Made by a program: the position numbers and the translations under genes. A stretch of 64,000 nt of DNA from an uncultured Nitrospinota bacterium (GTDB lineage: Bacteria; Tectomicrobia; Entotheonellia; J063; CAVPRW01), in assembly GCA_963707985.1 (NCBI GenBank), contig CAVPRW010000023.1, forward strand, positions 96,001-160,000. Reading direction: 5' to 3'. The notes beneath the pieces were generated by a model that did no database searches, had not been told where the DNA came from, and saw nothing but the letters and a program-made list of their open reading frames with translations. This document shows, piece after piece, positions 11,925 through 23,281 of this stretch; positions within the stretch are counted from its first letter, which is position 1, and each line of letters begins with the position of its first letter.

Positions 11925-13028
11925 ATGAAAGCCATCGCCGTGTTTCCAGGAACCCCCAACAGTGTCCACCTGGCCGACCTACCAAAACCTTCGCTCGAGG
12001 ATATTCCAAACGGGCGCGGGGTCTTGGTGAAGGTCCTCCGCGTCGGCGTCGATGGCACGGATCGGGAGATCAATGCCGCCGAATATGGCGCCGTCCCCGA
12101 CGGCGACGATTTTCTCGTGATTGGTCACGAGAGCTTTGGACGGGTGGAGGCGGTCGGCCCTGATGTGACCGAGTTGCAGCCTGGCGATTACGTGGTGGCG
12201 ACGGTGCGGCGGCCGGGTTCGAGTCTCTACGATCAGATCGGCACCTACGATATGACCACCGATGACACTTACTACGAGCGCGGCATCAATCTCCGCCATG
12301 GCTATCTCACCGAGTATTACGTCGACGCGCCCGACTACATCGTGAACGTCCCGCAGGGCCTGAAAGAGGTCGGGGTGTTGCTGGAGCCGGTGACGGTCGT
12401 GGAGAAGGGCCTTGCCCAGGCATACGAGATCCAGCGCCGGCTGCGGGTGTGGCGGCCGCGGCGGGCCGCCGTCATGGGCGCTGGCACGGTCGGGCTCTTG
12501 GCCACGTTGATGCTGCGCTTGCGGGGGCTCGAGGTGACGACCTTCGGCCTCAGCCGTAAGCCCTATCGTAACGCCGATCTCATCGAGGCGTTGGGGGCGT
12601 GTTACGAATCGACGGCAGATGTCTCGATCCTCGAAGGGGCGAAGCACTATGGGCCGTTCGACCTGATGTTCGAGGCCACGGGTTTCTCGCCCATCGTCTT
12701 CGAGAGCATGCAGGCGCTGGGCAAAAACGGCGTGCTCGTCCTGTCCAGCGTCACCGGCGGCGACCGCAAGGTCGAGGTCCCGGCGGATCAGATCAATTTG
12801 CAGTTCGTGCTGGGCAACAAAGTCATGGTCGGCACCGTCAACGCCAACCGTGAATATTTTGAGGTCGGGGTGCGCGATATGGCACAGGCGGAAGCCCAGT
12901 ATCCGGGCTGGCTAGGACAGCTGCTCACGCATCCGGTCAAAGGTCTGGAGCATTACCAGGAGCTGTTCGACCACCTCACCATGGCCAAAGGAGCGATCAA
13001 GATTTATTGCGAGGTGGCGGATCTGTAA
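11925..13028 (+). CDS. Zinc-dependent glucose 1-dehydrogenase (MDR family)
   Basis: [19 protein letters not shown] and GTVNAN motifs; intact 367-aa ORF. Confidence 0.85.
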   Translation: MKAIAVFPGTPNSVHLADLPKPSLEDIPNGRGVLVKVLRVGVDGTDREINAAEYGAVPDGDDFLVIGHESFGRVEAVGPDVTELQPGDYVVATVRRPGSSLYDQIGTYDMTTDDTYYERGINLRHGYLTEYYVDAPDYIVNVPQGLKEVGVLLEPVTVVEKGLAQAYEIQRRLRVWRPRRAAVMGAGTVGLLATLMLRLRGLEVTTFGLSRKPYRNADLIEALGACYESTADVSILEGAKHYGPFDLMFEATGFSPIVFESMQALGKNGVLVLSSVTGGDRKVEVPADQINLQFVLGNKVMVGTVNANREYFEVGVRDMAQAEAQYPGWLGQLLTHPVKGLEHYQELFDHLTMAKGAIKIYCEVADL

Positions 13029-13241
13029 TCTGACGCACCCTGTTGCAGGGCATAACACTGATCCCGAGGACGCTACAGGCTGTCATCGGATCACTGTGGC
13101 TGTCGAAGCCTGACGCCGGCTGAGATCCCGCCGTCCCACCGACCTCTGCATCCTTTTTCCCTTCAGGCGCATCTTATGAAATGATTCATGGTAGCATGAC
13201 TCGTGAGCAATGATGAGCGGCCTGATGGTTGGGATCATCCG

Positions 13242-14059
13242 ATGCGTGTAGCGCTGCGACGTCACTGGCCGGAATATTTGATGGAGGCGGCGGGGCTGGG
13301 GCAGTTCATGATTTCCGCCTGTATGTTCGCGGCGCTCCTGGGACATCCGGCTTCGCCCGTGCCCCAGTTCGTGGACAGTCCCCTCGTGCGCCGCCTATGC
13401 ATGGGAATGGCGATGGGCCTGACGGCCATGGGCATTATCTATTCGCCGTGGGGCCAACAATCGGGGGCGCATTTGAACCCCTCGGTGACACTGACGTTTT
13501 TCCGGCTGAGCAAGGTGGCACCCTGGGATGCGCTATTTTACATGATCGCGCAGTTCGCGGGCGGCGTGATCGGCGTCCTCCTTGCGGCCGCCTGCCTCGG
13601 CCGGGTGATCGCCCATCCGTCCGTCAACTACGTGGCGACCGCGCCGGGACGGCTGGTGTAGGCATCGCCTTTCTCGCGGAATTTGTGATCGCCTTCGTGC
13701 TCATGTCCATGGTCCTGCGCGTGCCGAATACCGCGCGTCTGGCCCGCTTTACCGGGCTGTTTGCCGGAGTGCTTGTCGCTACATACATCACCGTCGAAGC
13801 CCCCGTATCCGGCATGAGCATGAACCCGGCCCGCACCTTCGGCTCAGCCCTGGTGTCCCGGCTCTGGACGGCGCTGTGGATTTACTTCGTCGCGCCGCCT
13901 CTGGGGATGCTTGCCGGGGCGGGACTGTACCGGTGGCAACGGGGAGTCCACGCCGTCATCTGCGCCAAACTGCACCATCACAACCATAAGCGCTGTATCT
14001 TCCATTGCGGGTACCAGCAACCGTCTCACCTGGACACGGCCAAGGTCGCAGAGGCCTGA
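13242..14059 (+). CDS. MIP/aquaporin with Cys/His-rich C-terminal tail; frameshift near 13650
   Basis: SGAHLNPSVT and SMNPART boxes; tail CAKLHHHNHKRCIFHCG. Confidence 0.85.
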
Positions 14060-14069
14060 GGAGACTCCA

Positions 14070-14292
14070 ATGCAGGCGATTACCGTGCAAGTGGAAGGGG
14101 ATATCGAGGAAGGAGACCACAAGGTGCTCCTGCTCACCAAAGTGCACATCAAATATACTCTGAAAATCCCCCAGGGGGACGCGAGCACAGGCCGAGCGCG
14201 CGTTGGCACTGCACCATGCGCAATGCCCGGTGTCGCCATCGGTCGAACGGGGCATTCGCGTCGAGTGGAGCGCCGAGATCACCGAGGTGTAG
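14070..14292 (+). pseudogene. OsmC-like protein, C-terminal half only; frameshift near 14185
   Basis: VEGDIEE...VHIKYTLKIP, then AERALALHHAQCPVSPSVERGIRVEWSAEITEV in another frame. Confidence 0.6.
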
Positions 14293-14295
14293 TCT

Positions 14296-14965
14296 ATGGC
14301 CAGAACTCAGCCATTCGTCTTCGATGCCTACGGCAGGCTCTTCGATGTGCATGCCGTGGTCACGGCCTTGCAGACAGTGACGCCCGAGGCCGAAGCGGTC
14401 AGCCGGCAATGGCGGGCGAAGCAGCTGGAGTATAGCTGGTTGCGCTCGCTCATGGGATGTTATGTCGACTTCTGGACGGTCACTGAGGAGGCACTGCGGT
14501 TTGCGCTGAAAGGCTTCGCGGTCGGCGTCACACCGGCCCAACACACGGCCCTCCTCAAGGCCTATTTGCAGCTGTCGGCGTATCCAGAAATCCCTGGCTA
14601 CGCTCGAGGCGCTGTCGCCCCGCCCCTGCCTGATACTCTCCAATGGGACGCCGCGTATGCTGGAGGCGGCTGTTGAGTGGAGCGGGCTGGCCGGAAAATT
14701 CACCCATATCTTGAGTGCGGACCAGGTCAGGGTGTACAAGCCTGACCCGCGGGTATATGCTCTGGTGCCCGAGGCGCTTGGGCTGGCGAAGGAGGCGGTC
14801 GTCTTCGTCTCCTCCAATGCGTTTGACGTGATGGGCGCGAAAGCCTATGGCTTTCACGTGGCATGGGTGAATCGCACGCACGCTCAGGCAGACGAATTGG
14901 GGCTCGCACCGGACCTCGTGCTCTCGCGCCTGGATGAGTTGCCGCAGGCGTTCCCGACCGCGTGA
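14296..14965 (+). CDS. Haloacid dehalogenase type II; frameshift near 14595
   Basis: VFDAYG, WRAKQLEYSW, YKPDPRVY and VSSNAFDVMGAKAYG motifs. Confidence 0.85.
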
Positions 14966-15036
14966 ACTCATGGCGAACGTCGTTGATGTGGTAAACATGA
15001 GATTGACCGACAGACGAGAGAAGGGAGGGGAATTCG

Positions 15037-16294
15037 ATGGCTCGACTGGAACAGATGCATTCGGCAATGCGTGCCTCACTACTGGCGATGGAGTGTCCGG
15101 TATTCGACAGCCATGCCTGGGTGACAGGACCGCCGCTGCACCAGCGGCGCGTGGCGCTCGTCTCCACGGCTGGTCTGCATCGGCGGGACGACCGTCCCTT
15201 TGCCTGTGACCTGTGGCAATCTCCGGGCCATCGCGGCAGACTACCGCGTCATTCCCGGTGACATTGTCGCGAATGACCTGGTGATGAGCCATGTGTCGAC
15301 GAATTTCGATCGCACCGGCTTTCAGCAGGATTGGAATGTGGTGTTCCCCCTCGATCGTTTGCACGAATTGGCGGCGCAAGGGGCCATTGGTAGCGCCGCT
15401 GCGTTCCACTATTCTTTTATGGGGGCGACAGACCCCAAACACCTGGAACCGGCAGCCCATGACTTGGCCCGCCTGCTGGCGCAGGACCAGGTCAACGCCG
15501 TGTGCTTGGTGCCAGTTTGACCGGCCTGTACGCGCGCCGTTGGCGCGCTCGCCCACTATCTTGAACATGATGGCATCCCGACCACTCACATCAGCTTGAT
15601 CCGCGAACATACGGCCGTCATCAAGCCGCCACGGGCACTGTGGGTGCCCTTCGAGCTCGGACGCCCCTTGGGAATCCCGAACGATGCCCTCTTCCAACGT
15701 CGCGTGCTGCGCGCCGCCCTAACGCTGCTTGAGGCCCCCACGGGACCGGTCCTCGAGGCGTTCCCTGAGGATGCTACAGTCCATGAGGAGGGTCTGTACG
15801 GCTTCGCCTGCCCGGTCCGCTTCGACACGCCTCCCGCCAATCTGAATGCCGTAGACTTGCTCCGTGCGGCACTCCAGCGAGAGATCAGACAGCTACACAC
15901 CTGGTATGACCTCGGCGTGGTCAGACGGGGGCGTACTACGGTGGGCGTAAGCGGTCTGACGCCAGAGGAGTTGGCCGCCTTTGTCAGCGACTTTCTCGCC
16001 GCCGGCACACCGTCCAATCCTCGGCCAGACGTACCGCTGGCCACCCTCTTTCGATTCGCCGTCGAAGATCTGAAATCCTACTACTTCGAGGCCGTGACCG
16101 CCCAGCCTGGTCAGCAGGCCGTCGATAGCACGGGGCTCGCCGACTGGTTCTGGCGTGAGACGATGGCGGGGCGCGTGTTGTTCGCCGTGCATGACGCCTG
16201 TCAGCGCAGCGACGTGCCCGGGATCCAGGTAGTGGCCAACAGCTTTCTCATCCCCAGGGCACGCATGGCTGAATCGCCCTATGCCAAGGCCTAG
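15037..16294 (+). CDS. PrdB/GrdB-like (reductase selenoprotein B family) protein; in-frame UGA 15518-15520 read as Sec; frameshift near 15205
   Basis: ORFs 15200-15520 and 15596-16294 share one frame; read-through gives LVPV-U-PACTRAVGALAHYLE...PFELGRPLG; N-terminal RRVALVSTAG motif. Confidence 0.8.
15532..15548 (+). promoter_or_regulatory. SECIS-like hairpin
   Basis: GCGCGCC-GTT-GGCGCGC perfect 7-bp stem with G-first loop; stem starts 12 nt after the UGA. Confidence 0.65.
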
Positions 16295-16999
16295 CGTCCC
16301 TGAAGACGCCGCCTATTGACCTACGGAGAGGCACGATGGAGGCAGCCACCGTGATCTCTCTCGCCCCAGAAATCGTTCGAATGGGCATGGTTAACTTGGT
16401 CCACACCCCATAATTGCACGGTGAGGGGCCATCAGCCCTGCTGAGACCGTCCGGATGAAAGACTATTGCCGTGGCTCGTGCCATTATGGGTCTGATGAAG
16501 CACAGGAACGAACACCGTCATAGGCTCCATCAAATCATCATATTATCAAGTGCTTGAGGTCTCGCTTCCGCCTCTCACCAGGCGTGCGGCACGTCATGAT
16601 TCCGCGCCTGGATTAGCCGACGCACTCCAAAGGCCATGCATAGGCCCGATCCTGAAAAGACAGACGTGATCCTGTAGAGACCGTGAGAGAGATGGGAGGA
16701 AGAGGCCACGCATGTAGGCGATGATAGTTTCGGTACCTGTGTTTCATCGGACCCATAACGCGAGCGCGTTTCCATGACGCGCCAGTCTGCCGTGTATAGG
16801 GATGACGTCGAGCGTCGCACCCCTCATCGCGGCGGGCACCACGATCGCACCGATGGTGCCACGTGAGCGGCCTGGTCTCGCGATGCGGGTCCTTCACGAC
16901 GTCGGTGAGCCGGGATGGAACGGGGAGTGCACACCTTCGCGCGGGCGTTCGCTAACGCCTTCCCCCGCGTGGGGGACGACTGGAAAGGAGAGGTGGATC

Positions 17000-17353
17000 A
17001 TGGTACGACGCGCGTGCCTCCTCGCGCTGCTGTTGACAGGGCTCTTCGGATGGAAGGGCTCTCAGGCGCGCGGTCAAGCGCTGAGACCAGGCCAGTTCGC
17101 CGCGAACCTCACCGGAGGACCTTGGATCAACAGCTCAGCGCTCAGCATGGAAGGTCTCCGTGGCCGAGTGGTGCTGCTGGAATTTTGGACGTACGGCTGA
17201 ATCAATTGTCAACACGTGATCCCGCAGTTGCGGGCCTGGCACACGCTTCTCTTGGTGGACAAGCAGGGGATTATCCGCTATCGCCACATCGGTGAAGGCG
17301 ACGATGCGGCGATCGAAGCCACGATCCAGGCCCTGTTGGCCGAGGCGGGATGA
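17000..17353 (+). CDS. Exported redoxin (DipZ/TlpA-like thioredoxin fold); in-frame UGA 17198-17200 read as Sec; internal deletion
   Basis: Signal peptide, then [27 protein letters not shown] and TLLLVDKQGIIRYRHIGEG; frame stays open to TGA 17351-17353. Confidence 0.75.
17221..17234 (+). promoter_or_regulatory. SECIS-like hairpin
   Basis: CCCGC-AGTT-GCGGG stem-loop; stem starts 21 nt after the UGA. Confidence 0.55.
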
Positions 17354-17739
17354 CCGTGAGAATGGGCTAGCAATGTTTCTCAACGGCTCCAGCGCTGAGA
17401 ACACCAGGAAGGGGCCGTTGAAACGGAGTGGTCGCGTGCGATGATAGGAATAGCGGCGGCACCGAAACGAAAACCTACGCGAAGAGCACCACGGTGAGAT
17501 GCTGCGTTGAAGAGTGAACGCTCCCGAGAATACAAACCGGGCCAGAGCCTTATTTACATCAGTGGGGAATTCAGCGGACTCGTTTCCAAGCGTTTGAATA
17601 AATAACCGAAACCTTCCATTCAGGCGTTTCCAGAGGAACGCTGCATGTGCTCAAACCCGCGTGGCAGTTGCCATGAGATGAGCTGGCACGTCATTCGTGA
17701 GTCGGCATAACTCCCCAAGTAGGTCAAGGATGTGTTGGC

Positions 17740-17973
17740 CCGCTTTGCTGGGAGTACGGCAATATCAACCACTTGAAAAAAACAGCCACCGTCGCCGATG
17801 ATGCGGCCCATCGTAATCGTTTCGGTTGAATCTCGAATATGCACGCCGTACCACGTTCCAGCTCACCCCAGTGTCGCGGCTTGAATGCTCTTGGGGCTCA
17901 GACCTGCGGCTTCGCGTAGATGCATGTAGGCTTCGACGGACGGTGGTGTGTTGATAAGTGTGGACGTGTTCAC
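17740..17973 (-). pseudogene. GNAT acetyltransferase remnant
   Basis: PPSVEAYMHLREAAGLSPKS and MGRIIGDGGCFFQVVDIAVLP in different frames; C-terminus missing. Confidence 0.7.
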
Positions 17974-18139
17974 GGTTCCTCCCCTCGTTTTTGAGACAGA
18001 GCCTCGATAGGACACAAAGCATGTCTGCTCGTGTTTCACTGCTGGCACGTCAAAAGGGCATTCTCTCTGAGTTTTGCAACATCAGACGTCCACATCCGTG
18101 GACATGCTTCGCGGACACTCCACCTCCCGGATCGCGTCG

Positions 18140-20813
18140 ATCACCATCGGCTCGGTTTTGCGGTCCATCTCAATTTCTTTGAATTAGAAGGTCGTTTCCC
18201 GACATCCCCACGGGATATTCCTGCCGTCGCGTTGAGTGCACTGGCCACGCCATTGCCTATCTCACCTACAGCCTTGATCCACTACGATTGGAGCGGCCGG
18301 GCGCGGAAAAACCACCGGGCGCAGAGCCGCACCTGGTATGGTTTTCGTCCATTTACGCGTACAGATGGCCAGGCTCTGCACGCCTGGTTGCACCGAGAGG
18401 TGTTCCCAGGGGATGCGAACCTCCAACACCTGTCTGACATAGGACTCGACTGGTGCCGCGACCAGCATCTGGAGCCACCTACGACCGGACGGCTGGAGCG
18501 CCTCCTCCGCTCTGCGGTCCAGACCTATGAGCAGACCTTATTCGCGGCGACCTCTGGACGTTTGACGCGCGCGACCCAGCAGCAGCTGGAGGCGTTGCTC
18601 CAGCCCCTGGAGGAAGAGGCCCCGGCCGAGGCGATCCCTACGGATGACGACATGCCCGCCACCGCACCTTTCGCTGACATGAAAGCCGATCCGGGCCCTG
18701 TGGGGCTCGCAAGCGTCCTGCAAGAGCTGGCCAAGCCGCAACGGTTAACCGCCTTGGCATTACCACCCAACCTCTTTGCCGATATGTCCCCCAAACGCCT
18801 TCAGGTCTTCCGGGCCCGTGCGACGACCGAACCACCGCGCGAGATGCGCCGTCACCCGGCGCCCATTCGCTATACCCTCCTGGCAGCCTTCTGCTGGCAG
18901 CGCCGCCAGGAGGTCATTGATGGCTTAGTCGATTTGTTGGTGGTGATCATCCACCGTATTAGCGTGCGCGCGGAACGGAAGGTCATCAAGGCACTCGTGC
19001 AGGACCGAGAGCGAGTCGATGGCAAAACGACCCTCCTCTACAAACGGATCATCGCCAGCCTTTCGTCTCGTGCACGGAGGTCCCCATCGACGGCGTGGTC
19101 CGTCCCCACTGGCAAGAATTCTTGATCGAGACCGCTCCCGATGGCGGCGACCGTATCCACCGCATCAACTATGAGATCTGTACCCTCCAGGCGTTACGAG
19201 AATGTCTGCGGTGCAAGGAGATCTGGGTCGAAGGCGGTCAGCGGTATCGCAATCCCGACGACGACTTGCCTCAGGATTTCGACGCCAAACGGGCGGCTTA
19301 CTATGGCGCGCTGGCCCTACCGCAGGACGACGATACCTGTATCGCGAAGGTACAGGCGGATATGCAGGAGGCCCTCACCCAGTTCGACCGTGGGCTGCCA
19401 CAGAACCTGAAGGTCCGGCTCCGCACCTACGGCGACAACCGGATCGTCCTTACCCCCCTGGAGGCGGAGCCCGAACCCTCGCAGCTCGGGCAGCTCAAGG
19501 CCGAAGTCTTGCGACGCTGGCCCATGACGGGACTGCTGGACATGCTCAAAGAAACCGATCTGCGCCTCGGATTTACCGAGGCGTTTCCAAGCCTCGGCAG
19601 CCGTGCGACCTTGGACCGCCGCACGCTGCAGATGCGCCTGCTCCGCTGCCTGTATGGGCTCGGTACCAATGCCGGCCTGAAGCGGATGGCCTCCATCGAC
19701 GCTGGGGTCAGCTACCCAGAGTTGCTCTATGTGCGCCGACGTTTGCTCCACAAAGACGCCCTCCGGGAAGCGATTCAGCGCGTGGTGAACGCCACTCTGG
19801 CTGTACGGGTGCCAGAGATCTGGGGCGAAGTGACCACGGCCTGCGCCTCGGATGCGAAGCATTACGGCGTCTGGGATCAGCATCTCATCACCGAATACCA
19901 TGCCCGCTATCGGAAAGCGGGCGTGACGATCTACTGGCATACGGATGAACGGGCCGCCTGCATTTACTCGCAACTGAAGCGCTGCTCCTCCTCTGAGGTC
20001 GCGGCCATGATCCAGGGGGTGTTGCGTCACTGTACCGAGATGACCATTGAACGCCAATATACCGACTCGGCGGGGCAGAGCCATGTCGGATTTGCCTTAT
20101 GTACCCTGTTGGGCTTCGAGCTGATGCCGCGTCTGAAAGCCATCGCTTCACAAAAGTTCTATCGCCCCGTTGTGGGCCACCCTGACGTGTGCGCCCATCT
20201 GCAACCAATCCTCACCCGTCCCATCGACTGGGACCTGATCCGCCAGCACTACGACGAGATGGTCAAGTATGCGTCGGCCTTGCGTCTCGGCACAGCTGAG
20301 GCCGAAGTGATTCTGAAGCGGTTCATGCGCTACAATCTCACCCACCCGCCCTACCAAGCCCTCGTCGAGCTGGGCAGGGCGATCAAAACCGCCTTTCTCT
20401 GTCGGTGCCTCCATACTGAAGCGCTCCGACGCGAAGTCAACGCCGGCTTAAACGTCGTTGAAAACTGGAATAGCGCCAACGATTTCATCTTCTACGGCAG
20501 AAGTGGTGAAATTGCGAGTAATCGCTTGGATGACCAGGAAATCGCCATGCTCTCCTTACATCTCCTCCAGTCGTGCTTAGTCTACGTCAACACCCTCATG
20601 CTCCAGCAGGTGCTGGCAGACCTCACCTGGGCGTCATCCATGACCCCAGAAGATTGGCGGGGGCTGACGCCGCTGATCTACCATCACGTTCACCCCGACG
20701 GTATCTTTGAACTCGATCTCACCAAACGCTTAAGGATCGATCCATCCCCCGATGTCCTGGCGGCCTGGCCTGACCGAGAACGACTGTTTTCGGCAAAGTG
20801 TGCCCCAAAGCCC
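18140..20813 (+). mobile_element. tnpA: Degenerate Tn3-family transposase (N-truncated, break near 19045-19100) with a probable right inverted repeat
   Basis: RLGFAV...[44 protein letters not shown]; the minus strand from 20813 reads GGGC-N18-GAAAAC, like a Tn3 IR. Confidence 0.85.
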
Positions 20814-20849
20814 TCTGGAACCATGCGGGTTCCAGAGCGAGGAGGCGTG

Positions 20850-21085
20850 ATGCCCCACTGACCGGGCGGGCGATTCCTCATATGATCAGCCGGGCAGGCA
20901 TCACTGCCGCCTTACCCTTTCCGGTCCATCCGCCTATGTTACGGCACGCGTGCGGATTTTACCTGGCGCACAAGAATACGGATACGCGCGCCATCCAACA
21001 GTATCTGGGGCATCGCAACATCCAACACACCGTACGGTATACAGCACTCGCGCCCCAGCGGTTTCAAGACTTCTGGGACGATTGA
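20850..21085 (+). pseudogene. Tyrosine recombinase C-terminal fragment (FimB/XerC-like)
   Basis: HPPMLRHACGF...IQQYLGHRNIQHTVRYT catalytic box; N-terminus absent. Confidence 0.8.
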
Positions 21086-21273
21086 CAATCGCCTCTCCAT
21101 CATGCCTCGCTGCTGCTGTTGCCCCAAATGATAGCTGCGCTATAGTTAGGTCGTTATGGCGGGAGGCCTCAGCCTCACCCCCCGGCCCCCACTGGCCTAG
21201 CCGATTCAACCAGCCACCTGCAGGGTCGTCAATGTTGCCGGACGGTCAGGCCCACCGCGAGGAGTACCCCTCT

Positions 21274-21810
21274 CTAAACCGTCTCAATATGGGTCTCTGG
21301 AACAAGGAGTGCGAACGGCTCCTGCCGGGAGCGTGTATACCCGATGATCTCGCCTCCGGCATCGCCCCGGAGCTCGTCGAGGACATTGTAGAGCAACGCG
21401 GCTGCGCGGCTTACCAGAGCGGTAGCATTGCTCGTACCGCGCGTGCACCACGTCGCGTTCCTGTTGCCGGGGGTGCGGCCTGGAACTGCCACCACCTGAC
21501 CTGGGGGCAACGTGTGATTGTAAATATCTAGGACCTCCCCTGTGGTGGAACCGAGGTACTCCTGGACGACGACTCGGCCACCTGGTGCGGGGACGTCTGG
21601 CTTAATCGCCCGACGGTAGCCCATGCCCTGCGCGTTGATGGTGCTGGGAGGCCCGCACCGACATAGGGATGGACCCACGTTTCCCCGAGGGAGCTGGCGA
21701 TGACGGTCTCGTAGTGCACGATGAGCAGAGGCGTCGCGAGCCCCATCTCCGTCGCCAGCGCTTCCGCCGAGGAAGTCTTCCCGTTGCCAGGCGGTCCTGC
21801 GAGAAGGACT
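21274..21810 (-). pseudogene. IetAS-like remnant: AAA ATPase fragment fused by deletion to an S8 subtilase fragment
   Basis: VLLAGPPGNGKTSSAEALATEM...SSLGET, followed within about 60 nt by GMGYRRAIKPDV...GTSNATALVSRAAA. Confidence 0.7.
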
Positions 21811-21814
21811 AGAA

Positions 21815-21953
21815 GTTAGCCATTCACTTGACCATCTATGACAAACCCTTTCCGGAAGACCTGATTCTGCGAATTGGGTATGCCATCGAGCAGGCCACCG
21901 ACTAGCATCGCCGCACGCCAGACCTCTCATGTGTCCATGGATAGAGCGCGTTC
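21815..21953 (+). pseudogene. Amidase C-terminal remnant
   Basis: LTIYDKPFPEDLILRIGYAIEQATD*HRRTP resembles amidase-signature family C-termini. Confidence 0.5.
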
Positions 21954-21975
21954 CTGGGAGTGCCCTTCCCCCCTC

Positions 21976-23239
21976 TCAGCGACTCGCCAGCGCGAGCATG
22001 ACCTCAGCAAGAATTCTTGTGCCGGCCGCCAGATCAGACGGGGTAGCGGACTCGGCTTCGTTGTGACTGACCCCGCCCCGGCACGGTACGAACAGCATGC
22101 CGCTGGGACAGAGGTCGGCCATGTACTTGGCGTCATGCGTGGCGCCAGAAACAATATCCATATGCGACTAGAGCCTGGCGTGTGGCGGCCTGTTTGAGCA
22201 GGTCACGGATGGCTGGATCAAACTCTACTGGTGGCGAATAGAGCGTTTCAGTGACCACCACGCTGCAGCCATGCGCCTGGGCACGGCATACTGCGTCGAC
22301 CTGGTCGCCGAGGCGAGACAGCACCTCGGCACTGGGATGGCGCAGATCGATGGTGAAAAGAACACGGCCTGGCACGGTGTTCGGCGAGTTTGGCGTGACT
22401 TCGAAACGCCCCACGGTAAACCGAACGGTATCGGCGCTGTCGTACATCAGTGCCTGCAGGGCTGTCACCATGCGGACAGCAGCTACCAAAGCGTCCTTGC
22501 GGATGCGCCGTGGAGTAGTGCCGGCGTGCGCCTCTTCCCCTGTCACCTCGACGCGAAACCACCGTAACCCCTGGATGCCAGAGACAATACCAATGGTGTG
22601 GTGCGTCGCCTCCAGGATAGGCCCTTGTTCAATATGGGCTTCGAGATACGCCGCCATGGGGAAACGAAACGCCCGCCGTTGCGGAATCGCCAGGCGTTGC
22701 ATGGTCTCAGCCAGCGCCTGCGCCACGCTGATGCCGGCAGCATCGGTGGTGGCCAGGGCCGTCTCCAGCGGCAGGGCGCCGGCGAACACGGCCGATCCCA
22801 TGGTGGTGGGCTGAAAGCGTGCGCCTTCTTCGTTGGTCCAAACCACGGCTTCAAGTGGATGGTTAGTAACAATCCCAACATCAGCAACCGCCTCGAGCAC
22901 CTCAAACGCCGCGAGGACACCATACACGCCGTCAAAGTTGCCGCCGGTGGGTTGGGTGTCAAGATGCGACCCGGCCACCACCGGGCGTGCCGTTGAGTCC
23001 TCGCCGGCACGGCGCATGAAGACGTTGCCAATGGCGTCAACACTGGTGCTGAAGCCACGCATGGCAGCCCAAGCGAGCAAGCGCAAGCGGGCCTCCGCGT
23101 CCTCTGGCGTCAGGGCCTGGCGGTTAACCCCGCCGCGGCCAGTGGCACCGATGCTGGCCATTTCCATATGACGCTGCCAGAGACGGTCCTCGCGCACTGC
23201 CTTGACCACGGCGGCTATGGTTGCCGATGACTCCGACAT
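21976..23239 (-). CDS. M20 Zn-dependent hydrolase (N-carbamoyl-amino-acid amidohydrolase / ureidopropionase); frameshift near 22165
   Basis: GSHLDTQPTGGNFDG, NEEGARF, EAHIEQG, SGATHDA and GVSHNEAE motifs. Confidence 0.9.
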
Positions 23240-23281
23240 CTCCAACTCTCCTCGTTTCCTGTGCCGCATTCCGCCCGCGTC

